Source: Eubacteriales bacterium
GTDB taxonomy: Bacteria; Bacillota; Clostridia; Oscillospirales; CAG-272
DNA length: 64,000 bases
Reading direction: 5' to 3'
Assembly: GCA_045659405.1 (NCBI GenBank)
Contig: JAZOWX010000015.1
Span: forward strand, 9,143-73,142
The position numbers were made by a program, and so were the translations under genes. This document shows, piece after piece, positions 47,163 through 57,230 of this stretch; the first letter of the stretch is position 1; each line of letters begins with the position of its first letter. The notes beneath the pieces were generated by a model, which searched no databases, was not told the DNA's origin, and saw nothing but the letters and a program-made list of their open reading frames with translations.

Positions 47163-48521
47163 TTAGTTTTTCAGAGAGTGAATAGGCGCAGGGATTCTTC
47201 CGCCGCGAGCGATAAATTTCTCACAGGATTTGCCCTTTATGGGCATAATCGGAGCATATCCGAGCAAGCCGCCAAACTCTGCCGAATCACCGACGCTCTT
47301 ACCGACAACGGGTATTACTCTTACCGCTGTCGTCTTGTTGTTGATAACACCGATGGAAATTTCATCTGCGATAATTCCGGATATAGTTGATGCAGGTGTA
47401 TCACCCGGTATGGCTATCATATCAAGGCCAACCGAGCAAACAGCCGTCATCGCCTCAAGCTTATCGAGGGTGAGCGCACCGTCTGCCGCTGCGGCTATCA
47501 TTCCTCTGTCCTCCGACACGGGAATAAATGCGCCCGAAAGACCGCCTACGTGGTTGGATGCCATAACACCGCCCTTTTTGACAGCGTCGTTAAGAAGTGC
47601 TAGCGCTGCTGTCGTTCCGTGAGCGCCTGTCATTTCAAGGCCCATATTTTCGAGTATCTCGGCAACAGAGTCGCCCGCCGCAGGTGTGGGAGCGAGAGAA
47701 AGGTCAACTATACCGTAGGGTGTGCCGAGCCTTTTTGATGCCTCGGAGGCAATAAGCTGTCCGACACGGGTTATCTTGAACGCAATGCGCTTTACCGTCT
47801 CGGCAAGAGCGGAGAAATCACATTCACCCGCCTCTTTTATTGCCGCAGCAACGACACCCGGTCCGCTGACACCGACGTTTATAACCGTATCAGGCTCACC
47901 GATGCCGTGAACAGCGCCCGCCATAAACGGGTTATCCTCGGGAATGTTGGCAAACACAACAAGCTTTGCACAGCCTATGGAATCACGGTCTGCGGTAAGC
48001 GCCGCTGTCTTTTTTACTATCTCGCCCATTTTTTTGACAGCGTCCATATTTATGCCCGCCTTGGTGGTGGCGACGTTTATCGAGGAGCATATTCTCGTTG
48101 TGGTTGCGAGCGCCTCGGGAATTGCCTCTATGAGGTTTTTCGCACCGAGCGTTTCGCCCTTCTGCACGTGGGCGGAAAATCCGCCGATAAAGTTTACGCC
48201 AAGCGTATCTGCCGCACGCTCAAGAACCGCCGCAAGTCTTACAAAGCCCTCGGGCGAAAGTCCTGCGCCTATATAGGAAAGCGGTGTTACCGATATTCGC
48301 TTATTTACAATCGGAATACCGTACATACGCTCAAGCTCCTCGCATACCGAGACAAGCCTGCCCGCAGATTTGGTTATTTTATCGTATACCTTAACCTCAA
48401 GACGCTCGGGGTCGTCGGATATACAGTCAAAGAGCGAAATACCCATCGTTACGGTTCGTATATCGAGGTTTTGCTCCTTTATCATCTCAATGGTTTCAAG
48501 AATATCACCGGCATTTATCAT
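47163..48521 (-). CDS. UPF0210/DUF711 (PFL-like) protein
   Basis: 452 aa. The N-terminus '[24 protein letters not shown]' is typical of UPF0210. Paired with an upstream ACT protein. Confidence 0.8.
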   Translation of the reverse strand: MINAGDILETIEMIKEQNLDIRTVTMGISLFDCISDDPERLEVKVYDKITKSAGRLVSVCEELERMYGIPIVNKRISVTPLSYIGAGLSPEGFVRLAAVLERAADTLGVNFIGGFSAHVQKGETLGAKNLIEAIPEALATTTRICSSINVATTKAGINMDAVKKMGEIVKKTAALTADRDSIGCAKLVVFANIPEDNPFMAGAVHGIGEPDTVINVGVSGPGVVAAAIKEAGECDFSALAETVKRIAFKITRVGQLIASEASKRLGTPYGIVDLSLAPTPAAGDSVAEILENMGLEMTGAHGTTAALALLNDAVKKGGVMASNHVGGLSGAFIPVSEDRGMIAAAADGALTLDKLEAMTAVCSVGLDMIAIPGDTPASTISGIIADEISIGVINNKTTAVRVIPVVGKSVGDSAEFGGLLGYAPIMPIKGKSCEKFIARGGRIPAPIHSLKN

Positions 48522-48787
48522 ATCTTATGCATAGTGTTGAAAATATCCTCGTGCATAACTCGGATATCAACTCCACACTCCTCTCCCGTCTGTTTCATTG
48601 CCGAAGCAAATGCGGAGAAGTCACAGCTTAAATTGTCAAGCTCAACAAGCATAATCATTGCAAAATACTCACGCATAACAGTCTGGCTTATATCAACGAT
48701 ATTAACTCCGAAGCGAGAGCATTCTTTGCTTGCGGTAGCTATAATACCAACCTTATCTTTTCCGGTTACGGTAACAACTGCTTTCAT
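48518..48787 (-). CDS. ACT domain protein (UPF0237)
   Basis: 89 aa. '[20 protein letters not shown]'. Overlaps the UPF0210 start by 4 nt. Confidence 0.8.
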   Translation of the reverse strand: MKAVVTVTGKDKVGIIATASKECSRFGVNIVDISQTVMREYFAMIMLVELDNLSCDFSAFASAMKQTGEECGVDIRVMHEDIFNTMHKI

Positions 48788-48912
48788 TTGTCTGTCCTTT
48801 CAAAATCACGGTAATATGTGCCGAGGCACTAAGCTTCGGGCTTGTTCGGATATTACAATCCGAAGCCGCCGTCCCTTATATAATAACACAAAATAAGTAA
48901 CATTTCAAGCTT

Positions 48913-50925
48913 TTATTTCACGCCGATGCGCCTGATATTTTTAGGCTGATAGTCACCGCCCGAAAAATATGCCGAAGCCGTCCTGCTAATCTCCCCGGCA
49001 CTCTCAACCGAGAATATAAAATGCCCCGAGGAAATACCCGCCGAGCGAAGCTCGTCGGCTCTGTCAGCCATAAAGGTCACAGCAGAATTGAGTATAAGAT
49101 TTCTGTGGCGGTATTCACGCATAATCGGGAAGCGTGCGCCACGTCTGTCAACAAGCGGCATATCAGGGCATTTTCCCGAGCAGCCGCCACGCTTCATATA
49201 ACAGCGCTCTGTAATCATAAGCGGTATTCTGCCGTATACCGTAACTCTGCCGCCGATATCCCTCGCCCTTGGCAGGGTCAGCTCTGCTGAAAGCAGACTG
49301 TCGGTGACACCGAGCGCTGCGTATGCGGATTTTGCATATTTATTCGTTATGTTCAAACGGATATCGCCAACAGCCGAAAATCCAAGCTCACGGCAAAGCG
49401 GAATATGCGAAATGTTCGAAACAAGCGCATACCTAGCTCCGCAGGACTTTACCCTTGAGAGCCTCTCTTTTACCTCGCCAAGCTCGGAATCAAAAATCAC
49501 GGGCGGTATATAAACACCCCATCTGCCGCTTTCGGCTTCGGGCGAAAACAGCGGCACGAAGAGCTTGTCAAACTGCGACAAAATTCGCACGTCAAGCTCG
49601 GAAATAATCGCAGGGTTCAAAAACAGCGCTGAGTTTCCTGCGATAGGCTTCGGATATTTTTCATACGAGAGCGTCGGAATTTCAACTCTTTCTCTTTCAC
49701 AGCCAAGAAATCCGTGACACGCCTCACGGCGAAGTGCGTTTATTGCCGATACGGGAAGATTTATACCCGTATCAAGCTCCAGCTCAATATCCGCCTCGCA
49801 AAGCGAGAGCGGTGTTGCTCCGGTTTTCGAAAGACGGCTGCGCACAGCGTCAAAATCCAGCGGACTAGATATTGCCGCACTCGGCACAGCTCCAAAGGCG
49901 GTATAAGAGCGATTCTCGGTATATACCGTAAGCTCCGACGGGCAGCCGAGCTTTATTTTCGCTATGGCCCGTACGGGGAGCTTTTTCTCCTCAAACCTGA
50001 TTTCCCCTGACAGCTCACGGCTCTGCGCCTTGTCCTTGTCGGTGCGCACGCCCTCCATTGCCTCAAGCTTGCCGACGAAATATCCGTCTGTGAAGCCGTC
50101 TCTTGAAAACGCAAGGCGGAGCTTTTTTTCCTCGGTGGGTGTTGCGCATCTGCCCTCGTCAAGAAGTCGGCGGTATATCGAGGTCACGGTATATACGTAT
50201 GCCGGGGATTTCATTCTTCCCTCAATTTTGAGGGATGCGACACCCGACGCTATAAGCTCGGGGATATGAGCGCTGAGCGACAGGTCGGAAAGCGACAGCC
50301 TGTAACCCCCCTCATAAGGCAGACGGCAGGGCTGGGCGCACTCGCCACGGTTTCCGCTTCTGCCGCCGATAAGCGAGGAAAAGAGGCACTGCCCCGAATG
50401 GCAAACGCAAAGCGCACCGTGAACAAAGACCTCGGTTTCGGGGCGGCAGGCGTCTGTTGTGGACCTTATATCCGACAACGACAGCTCACGTGCCAGCACC
50501 ACTCGCTGACAGCCGAGGCTGTGCGCCATATCAGCACCGGGTGTGTTATGCACCGAAAGCTGTGTTGAAGCGTGAACCTCAAGCTTCGGCAAATACCTGC
50601 CTAGAGCGGATATAAGGCCCACGTCTTGGCATATAACCGCATCAACGCCTATTCTGTAAAGCTCGGCGCAATATTTAACCGCATCTTCCATCTCCTTGTC
50701 AAAAAGAAGCGTGTTAACCGTAACGTAAAGCTTTACCGAATACAGGTGGCAATACTCCACCGCACGGCTAATCTCATCAATATCAAAATTTTTTGCAAAC
50801 GCCCTCGCACCAAAGCGAAGACCGCCGATATACACGGCATCCGCCCCTGCCGAAACGGCAGCGACAAGACATTCAAAATCTCCCGCCGGCGAAAGCAGCT
50901 CGGGCAGCTTTTCTTTTCTTCTCAT
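48913..50925 (-). CDS. U32 family peptidase
   Basis: 670 aa. 'PELLSPAGDFECLVAAVSAGADAVYIGG' and 'ELSLSDI...VFVHGALCVCHSGQCLFSS' are U32 hallmarks. Confidence 0.8.
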   Translation of the reverse strand: MRRKEKLPELLSPAGDFECLVAAVSAGADAVYIGGLRFGARAFAKNFDIDEISRAVEYCHLYSVKLYVTVNTLLFDKEMEDAVKYCAELYRIGVDAVICQDVGLISALGRYLPKLEVHASTQLSVHNTPGADMAHSLGCQRVVLARELSLSDIRSTTDACRPETEVFVHGALCVCHSGQCLFSSLIGGRSGNRGECAQPCRLPYEGGYRLSLSDLSLSAHIPELIASGVASLKIEGRMKSPAYVYTVTSIYRRLLDEGRCATPTEEKKLRLAFSRDGFTDGYFVGKLEAMEGVRTDKDKAQSRELSGEIRFEEKKLPVRAIAKIKLGCPSELTVYTENRSYTAFGAVPSAAISSPLDFDAVRSRLSKTGATPLSLCEADIELELDTGINLPVSAINALRREACHGFLGCERERVEIPTLSYEKYPKPIAGNSALFLNPAIISELDVRILSQFDKLFVPLFSPEAESGRWGVYIPPVIFDSELGEVKERLSRVKSCGARYALVSNISHIPLCRELGFSAVGDIRLNITNKYAKSAYAALGVTDSLLSAELTLPRARDIGGRVTVYGRIPLMITERCYMKRGGCSGKCPDMPLVDRRGARFPIMREYRHRNLILNSAVTFMADRADELRSAGISSGHFIFSVESAGEISRTASAYFSGGDYQPKNIRRIGVK

Positions 50926-51054
50926 ATTTATACCGATTCCGTTTTTCGTTATAAGTATATTTTAGCATAATAGAGAGGTAATTGCAAGAGATATTGCTCA
51001 CCAAAGCAAAAATCAAAGGCTCTGTAAAATTCAAAAATCCGCACACAGAGAAAA

Positions 51055-53373
51055 TCAGTCCAGCTCCTCTACCCTCATTACCGTAACGGTTATATCGTCG
51101 GAGCATTTTCTGTGCGCTTTAGCCGCAGAAAGAATAGAGCCCGCAAAATCCGAAAGCGAGGCGGGATTTGCAGAAGAGATAAGCTCAAGCAGCCAGGGCG
51201 CATCCTCTGGAACACCCGTAACACCGTCGGACATCATAATCACGTAATCTCCTGTCTCGACCTGCACCCTTATTCTTTCGCTGTCGATAGTAGACATAAG
51301 ACCGAGCGGTGCGGTTTGGGAGCGTATCCTGAAAATAGAGCCGCCACGCTTTATGTAGGACGGTGCGCCGCCGCTTTTAAGAAAGACGGCTTCCTTGCTG
51401 TAAAGGTCGAGCGAAAACAGGTCAACGGTTGCCGAGCATTCCTCACGTCCGCCGCCAAGATAGGTATTGAGTAAATGCATTACCGACTCACCCGGGGTGG
51501 CAATCGAGAGAATTGCCGACAGGTATGATGCGACGAATTCAGAGCATTTTCTCGCAACCTCACCGCTTCCCATACCGTCGGAAATCAGAGCGTAAAAGCT
51601 GTCAGCACATTCGATTTTTCGTGCGACGTCGCCGGATACGTCACTGCCGTGCGCCACAGAGCCGACGCTTGCGTAGGATACCGAATATTTTTTCCTTACC
51701 GAGCATTCCATAAGCGCCATATTGCCGCGCCTGAAATATTCTGCCGTGCCAAGCGGCGCACCGAGCGCACCCTCAATCACCCGACGAAGCTCGGGTGAGG
51801 TTATCAACACACCGTCCTCATCACGTCCTGCAAGAATTACGTGTTTGCGCCTCTCGCCAAATACACGAGCTGTGAAATCAGCAAAACCACCCGCAGAAAG
51901 TGCCGACTCAAGTCTGTCTGTCAGCGGCTCGTTCATAGAATACTCCGCCGCCAGTACCCCCTCTGCCTCGTTTATGATTTTGCCAAAGAGGCGAAGCTCG
52001 CCCGAGGGGGGCGAAAAGGAGAGAACGAGCGCATCGTACATTTGCTTTATATCTGTAAAAATCGAAAAAATTTCATTGTCCGAAACAGCGAGATAAGCGA
52101 GGTCTTGGCGGTTGATTCCCTCTTTTTTGTAAAGTTTTATTGCTATTTTTTCAACATTTTCATCCTTTTCGGCAAACGGCAGGTGCTGTTTGATTACACC
52201 GAAAACCAAGCTCGAAAGCTCGTCCACGCTCGGCACTCTGACAAGAAAAGCTCCGAGCGCCGCCGATAGCGAGGACATAACCGAGCAGAGCGAATGGCTG
52301 ACGGCTTTTGCCGAGCTTTTATAGGCAAGCGCCATTGTTCCGACCATATCTATTGCCGAGCGGTCTATGTCTGCCTCGCTCGTCTTTTCGGACGTCGGTC
52401 TTATTTTTTTGATAATAGGAAATACAAGCGCCGCCGCTGCGGCATATTCGGGAAGCGTCGAGGCAACTCCCGTCACACCGCCCACGTATGCGGAAAATAC
52501 AGATAACAAAGCACCGCCAAAGACAGCCGAATAAAGAAGTCCGAAGCCCGAAAGCGCACCGGCTGTAAGACCGGCAAGCATAAACGCACCGCTATACGTA
52601 CCCGAAATTGCAAAGGCGCAGACAAAGCCTGCGGCGGCGCCGCTCACAGCACCGAAGCGCCGTGCCCCGATAAGCGCACAGGCGGCGGCAAAAAGATACC
52701 CCGGGGATATTCCGAGTGCCGAATATCCCCGCACCGAAAAGCTTGTCACAAAAAGCAGCAAAAGAAGAGATATGCGAAGCCAGATTACACCGCCACCCGT
52801 GCGAAGGCGGTGTACGGCCGTATCAGAGGTGAAAAGAGCAAACGGGTCATATGCCAAGCCGAAAACTCCCGAATAGCCGAGCGCCAAAAGCGGCGGCACT
52901 ATTATCATAGTAAGTCCGAAAAGCAACGCCCGCATTTCAAAGCCCGAAAGCAATATCTCATAGACTGCCGCAATAAAGCCGCCGATAACCGAAACCGACA
53001 TTCGAAGCAGAATCCCCTCGCCAAACAGCACAGCACCCTCGCTTCGCTTCCCTGCCCCGGATACTATAACCCGCAGGAAAACTATTATCAGAGCGGTCAT
53101 AGCGTAAATTATACCGCCCTCGCCAAGCGTCATTGCGCCAAGAAGCACACCGACCAAGGCAAGCCACACACCGCGCGGCAGAGCCGCAAGAAATGCAGCC
53201 GCAAACGGGTGAGCGCCAAAAACCAAGGGCGCACGCACAAAGAGGAATGCCCCAAGCACCGCCGCTATATCCCAAATCAATATTTTAGGCGAATTTTTTC
53301 TTCGCTCCGCCGCTCGGCGAAGGACCTCGGAAACTCCGACTCCGCCCACTGCGCTTTCTCTTTCCTTTTCCAT
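51055..53373 (-). CDS. spoIIE: Stage II sporulation protein E (PP2C phosphatase with a polytopic N-domain)
   Basis: 772 aa. About 10 N-terminal TM helices and a C-terminal PP2C domain with 'YALISDGMGSG' and 'VIMMSDGV'. Confidence 0.85.
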   Translation of the reverse strand: MEKERESAVGGVGVSEVLRRAAERRKNSPKILIWDIAAVLGAFLFVRAPLVFGAHPFAAAFLAALPRGVWLALVGVLLGAMTLGEGGIIYAMTALIIVFLRVIVSGAGKRSEGAVLFGEGILLRMSVSVIGGFIAAVYEILLSGFEMRALLFGLTMIIVPPLLALGYSGVFGLAYDPFALFTSDTAVHRLRTGGGVIWLRISLLLLLFVTSFSVRGYSALGISPGYLFAAACALIGARRFGAVSGAAAGFVCAFAISGTYSGAFMLAGLTAGALSGFGLLYSAVFGGALLSVFSAYVGGVTGVASTLPEYAAAAALVFPIIKKIRPTSEKTSEADIDRSAIDMVGTMALAYKSSAKAVSHSLCSVMSSLSAALGAFLVRVPSVDELSSLVFGVIKQHLPFAEKDENVEKIAIKLYKKEGINRQDLAYLAVSDNEIFSIFTDIKQMYDALVLSFSPPSGELRLFGKIINEAEGVLAAEYSMNEPLTDRLESALSAGGFADFTARVFGERRKHVILAGRDEDGVLITSPELRRVIEGALGAPLGTAEYFRRGNMALMECSVRKKYSVSYASVGSVAHGSDVSGDVARKIECADSFYALISDGMGSGEVARKCSEFVASYLSAILSIATPGESVMHLLNTYLGGGREECSATVDLFSLDLYSKEAVFLKSGGAPSYIKRGGSIFRIRSQTAPLGLMSTIDSERIRVQVETGDYVIMMSDGVTGVPEDAPWLLELISSANPASLSDFAGSILSAAKAHRKCSDDITVTVMRVEELD

Positions 53374-53647
53374 AAATACACCCCCGCTCCCATATCACAG
53401 TACCGAATACGGCACGGCAAATACGGTTTTTATTACATTTTATTACGGATTTTCTGCGAAAAACCGAGAAATCGGGCGAGGGTGTTTACAGAGGTTTTGC
53501 CGTTTTCTCGGCTTTTATGATGAATAAAAAGAAAAAAAGCGACACTCGGTCACTTTTTTCGGTTAATTGCGATATGTTATCATAGAATTTCGGAATATTT
53601 TCGGTTTTCGAAGAAATCGGTGGCTGACGGGCGAAGGCTTATCCCGC

Positions 53648-54298
53648 TTATCCGTTCCAATATGTTGAAATATCCGAAAGATACGAATCCTCTGAATAGC
53701 TGATAGGCAGAAGCCGCTCACCGTCGTAAAGCACACGGCTTATAGAAGCGTTTGAGGGAAAATCAAGCTTCTCGCTCGCCTCGCCTTGGCTGTATCCGTA
53801 TATTTTTCCGAAAAACGCACGTATTGCGGCGGCGTGGGTGGCAATCAGAACACGTTTTCCGGGATTTTCACGGGCAATATCCAAAACGGCAGCGTGTATA
53901 CGCTCGGCAAGATGCGGCACCGACTCTGCGTCCACGCACCCAAATGATGCAAATTGAGTTTTCCATACAACCGAATACTCGTAGGGATATTCAGCTTTTA
54001 TCTTCTCAACCGCCATATTTTCCCATTTGCCGACGTTCATCTCACGAAGCTCTCTTTTCGCTACAATATTCATATTACGTATGCGTGCGTGCGGAAGAGC
54101 GGTATTGTATGCACGAATCAGATCACTTGAGTATATAGCGTCGATTTTTTCGTTTGCAAAATGCTCTGCACAAACCTCTGCCTGGTGATATCCGAGGCTC
54201 GAAAGGTCAAGATCGGTGTGACCGAGAAAAACGTGAGCTTCATTTCCAAGGCTCTGTCCGTGCCTTTCTATTAAAATTTCCGTGTATAAATTATTCAT
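53648..54298 (-). CDS. Histidine phosphatase (phosphoglycerate mutase-like) family protein
   Basis: ATG at 54298 after GGAG. 'ILIERHGQSLGN' (RHG motif) and 'IATHAAAIRA'. Confidence 0.8.
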   Translation of the reverse strand: MNNLYTEILIERHGQSLGNEAHVFLGHTDLDLSSLGYHQAEVCAEHFANEKIDAIYSSDLIRAYNTALPHARIRNMNIVAKRELREMNVGKWENMAVEKIKAEYPYEYSVVWKTQFASFGCVDAESVPHLAERIHAAVLDIARENPGKRVLIATHAAAIRAFFGKIYGYSQGEASEKLDFPSNASISRVLYDGERLLPISYSEDSYLSDISTYWNG

Positions 54299-55665
54299 TC
54301 GGTATCTCCGTTTCACAGTTTTCTGCGGCTTGTAAGGCTACAATATTTTTGCATATTTATTCATTTTTGCGTTTTCAAACATCTGAGCTATCGAACTAAA
54401 AAAATCGCATCCAAAGGCGATGAGCTGTACAGCCACACAAACCGATATAAGCCAACATAAGAATTATACATCAACAAAGCGCAAAGGTCAAGAGCCGAAG
54501 CATCAATGGCAAAAAACAAAACCAAAAAACAGAAAAAACAAAACCAAAAACAAAAAGCAAAAAAACAAAAAGCAAAAGCAAAAAAACAAAATATCAACCG
54601 TCGCAATCAGTCACACAGAAAGCTGCCTAACGAGCGGCAAAGCCAAAAGCCGCAAAGCTCCCTCAAGCACCCTGCAAAAAAGAGGACAGAGCCACCGTTC
54701 AAAAGCGCCCCGAAAGTGTAGTACAAAAAGACGACCTAAAATCGCCCAAAAAGCACCCTAAAAGCGAGCACGAAAAAGAACAGCCAAAACTGCGCGCACA
54801 AAAAGAAGTACATCACCAGCATCACCCCAAAAGCGTAGTGCAAAAAGAAGAACAGCGCCAAAATTTGCACAGAACGCTTCGGATAGAAAAACGCAAAAAT
54901 CCAAAAAGTTCCGCTAACAGCAAAGCAAAAAACGCAGCAACCCAAAGGAAGCAGCTGCGATAAAGGGGCAAAAAGCACCCTACGTCTTGTCACACAAGAC
55001 ACAAATCCAAGGCAGGAAAAACAGGGAACGTCTGTGCTTATTTATTCTTCTCTGTGCATTTTTATTCACCAATATAAGGAAATTTACTTTCGCACAAATT
55101 ACGAATTAAGCCACAAATTCACAGCAAAAATCGGTGCAAAAATCAGCTTTAAAACACGCCCTTTCGTAAAAGTTACAATCAAAATATGCAAAAACGCCAA
55201 AAATTTGTGCAAAAATCACCCGAGCAAAACAAATTTTCCATTTTTTGTCATAAAAGCCCATATTTTGCCATATTTTACCTTTTAAATCGCAAAATTTGCT
55301 TTTTCTAACAAAAAGAGCTGCGAAGCGCCACGGATGCCTCAAAAAACAGCCAAAAAACACACTAAAAGATCAAAAAACGTGGCAAAATAGCGTAAAAACA
55401 CCGAAAGCATGTCAAAAATACATCAAAACACACTGAAATACCACCCGAAGACCACACCCAAACACACCGCAACGGTTTAAAAAAGGATAAAAAGCGGCAA
55501 AAACAGCAGTAAATATCGGATTTTTGGACAAAATCAGCGCAAATTACCGCAAAAAAACAAACAAAAAGTTGCAGAAAAGGCGGCAATTTCAGGTAAAGGA
55601 AGCAGAGCAACCGCCACGGCTCTTGGCACAGCCACAAGCATTTGCCAAGCCAAAGCGCAAGAAAA

Positions 55666-55681
55666 TGTTTCACGTGAAACA
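55666..55681. promoter_or_regulatory. parS site 1 (perfect)
   Basis: TGTTTCACGTGAAACA, matching the Firmicute parS consensus tGTTNCACGTGAAACa. Confidence 0.85.
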
Positions 55682-55879
55682 CCCAAAAATCAAGCTTTAC
55701 CCACAAAATAGCCATATTTTGCTCAAAAAACAGCGTTTACCTGCATTTTTTCACGGTTTTTGTGCGGATTTTACCGATTTTGAGCTGTTGTGTGGCTCAA
55801 AAAGCGCCCCCTTGGGGTGAAATGCAGCCAAACAGCTAGATTTCAATCGTATATACCACAGTAACACCAGTGGCGCAAT

Positions 55880-55895
55880 TGTTTCACGTGGAACA
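55880..55895. promoter_or_regulatory. parS site 2 (one mismatch)
   Basis: TGTTTCACGTGgAACA. An extra GTGAAAC half-site lies at 55899-55905. Confidence 0.7.
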
Positions 55896-55924
55896 TTTGT
55901 GAAACCATATAGTTATCGAGGATT

Positions 55925-55940
55925 TGTTTCACGTGAAACA
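55925..55940. promoter_or_regulatory. parS site 3 (perfect)
   Basis: TGTTTCACGTGAAACA. Confidence 0.85.
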
Positions 55941-56417
55941 TTCGGCTCATCCGGACAGCCACGAGGGCTTGTTTTGTGATAAAAATCCGATTGTCCAAGT
56001 GTTGTGCAGAGGCAACGTGTGCCAGAGGCGCAAAAGCGGATATATAGCTGTGTTTGACCGATTTTGTGTCTTTTCAGCGTTGTTTTGCAAACTTTGGGCG
56101 GATTTTATTGTGTTTTTGTTGCGTTTCGCCGTGCTTTTGATGCGTTTTTGCCGTTTTGTAGCCTTGTTCTCTGTTTTTTTACCACCAACAACCGCTCTTT
56201 ACAGGCTTTGAGCTTTGCTTGTTCAAAGCTGCGCCTCACCTGTTTCTTGATACTGCCGCATCAGCAACTCCTCAGCTCACAACCTCTCGGCGCACGCCCT
56301 CGGTTTACAAACCTTGACTTACAGCCCTCGACTTACAATACATAGCGCACAGCGCTCAAAAGCAACACCAGTGGGTTTAAGATTGTTTAAACTTATTTAA
56401 ACACCCACACAATTTGA

Positions 56418-56433
56418 TGTTTCACGTGAAACA
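56418..56433. promoter_or_regulatory. parS site 4 (perfect)
   Basis: TGTTTCACGTGAAACA. Confidence 0.85.
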
Positions 56434-56479
56434 TATAGCTTTGCGCAGAAAAAGCGGTCAATTCAGGCGCTTTGCGCCG

Positions 56480-56495
56480 TGTTTCACGTGAAACA
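56480..56495. promoter_or_regulatory. parS site 5 (perfect)
   Basis: TGTTTCACGTGAAACA. Confidence 0.85.
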
Positions 56496-56835
56496 TTTGC
56501 TTTTTTACATCTAGAAGCCGCCACTTGACTTTGAACAGCCTTTTATCTTTTGAAGTCGCTATACAAAACAACACAAAAAGAACACAAAAAGCAAACATAT
56601 AGATAAATAAAAATGAAACCGTACACAGCGCAACCAACAAGCGGGGTGGCAAGGAAATTCAAAAAAGAGAGCAAAGATATCACCAAAACATAGTACAAAG
56701 CAGCTCGAACCTTGCCAAAATACTTTTAACGGTCTTTTTTTGGTTATACTTCGCCATTGAGCTATTGATTTCCCCGGTTTTTCTTTGCTGTGCGTCAATT
56801 AATTACCCGTTTCGCTTTACTGTGCAGTGATAAAT

Positions 56836-57084
56836 CTACGGTTTCACTCCGCCACAAAGCAATCGATTCCTCTTTTTTTGCTCTGTTATGCACCAAACAA
56901 CCCCACACTTCGCTTCGTTATGGAGCAACAAGCTCCCCTTTCTACTCTGATATGCGATAATAAACCCCTGATTTCACTTTGCTACGAGCAACAAGCTCCC
57001 TTTTTTGCTCTGGTATGCGATAACCAACCCAGGATTTCACTTTGCTACGGAGCAATCAACCCCTCTTTTTGCTTTGGTTTGTAG
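56836..57084 (+). repeat. About 4 tandem copies of a 62-66 bp repeat
   Basis: Units start at 56873, 56939 and 57001, with partial units at both ends. The shared core is ttttttgctctgNtatgcNa...(g/a)tttcac...gc(t/c)ac...agcaa...ctccc. Confidence 0.8.
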
Positions 57085-57201
57085 TAAATTCATTGCTGTT
57101 TTAGCTTCAAATCCCGTGTTTTGCTTTTCTTTGCGGTTCTTTCATTTTTATTGTATATTTATATACTATATATAATTATAAGGAAGATTTTTTTATTTAT
57201 A

Positions 57202-57230
57202 TTGACAAAGTCTTGCACTTTTGATATAAT
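57202..57230 (+). promoter_or_regulatory. Consensus sigma-A promoter upstream of soj/parA
   Basis: TTGACA (57202-57207), a 17-nt spacer ending in tga, then TATAAT (57225-57230). Embedded in an AT-rich tract at 57120-57240. Confidence 0.7.

Noticed and set aside
54388-57084. Small ORFs inside the gene desert, for example 54506..54721 (K/Q-rich), 54736..55002, 55362..55715 and 56827..57084.
   Set aside because: They are extreme low-complexity translations that simply mirror the A/C-rich or T/G-rich DNA. There is no RBS, and 56827..57084 merely reads through the 62-bp tandem repeats.
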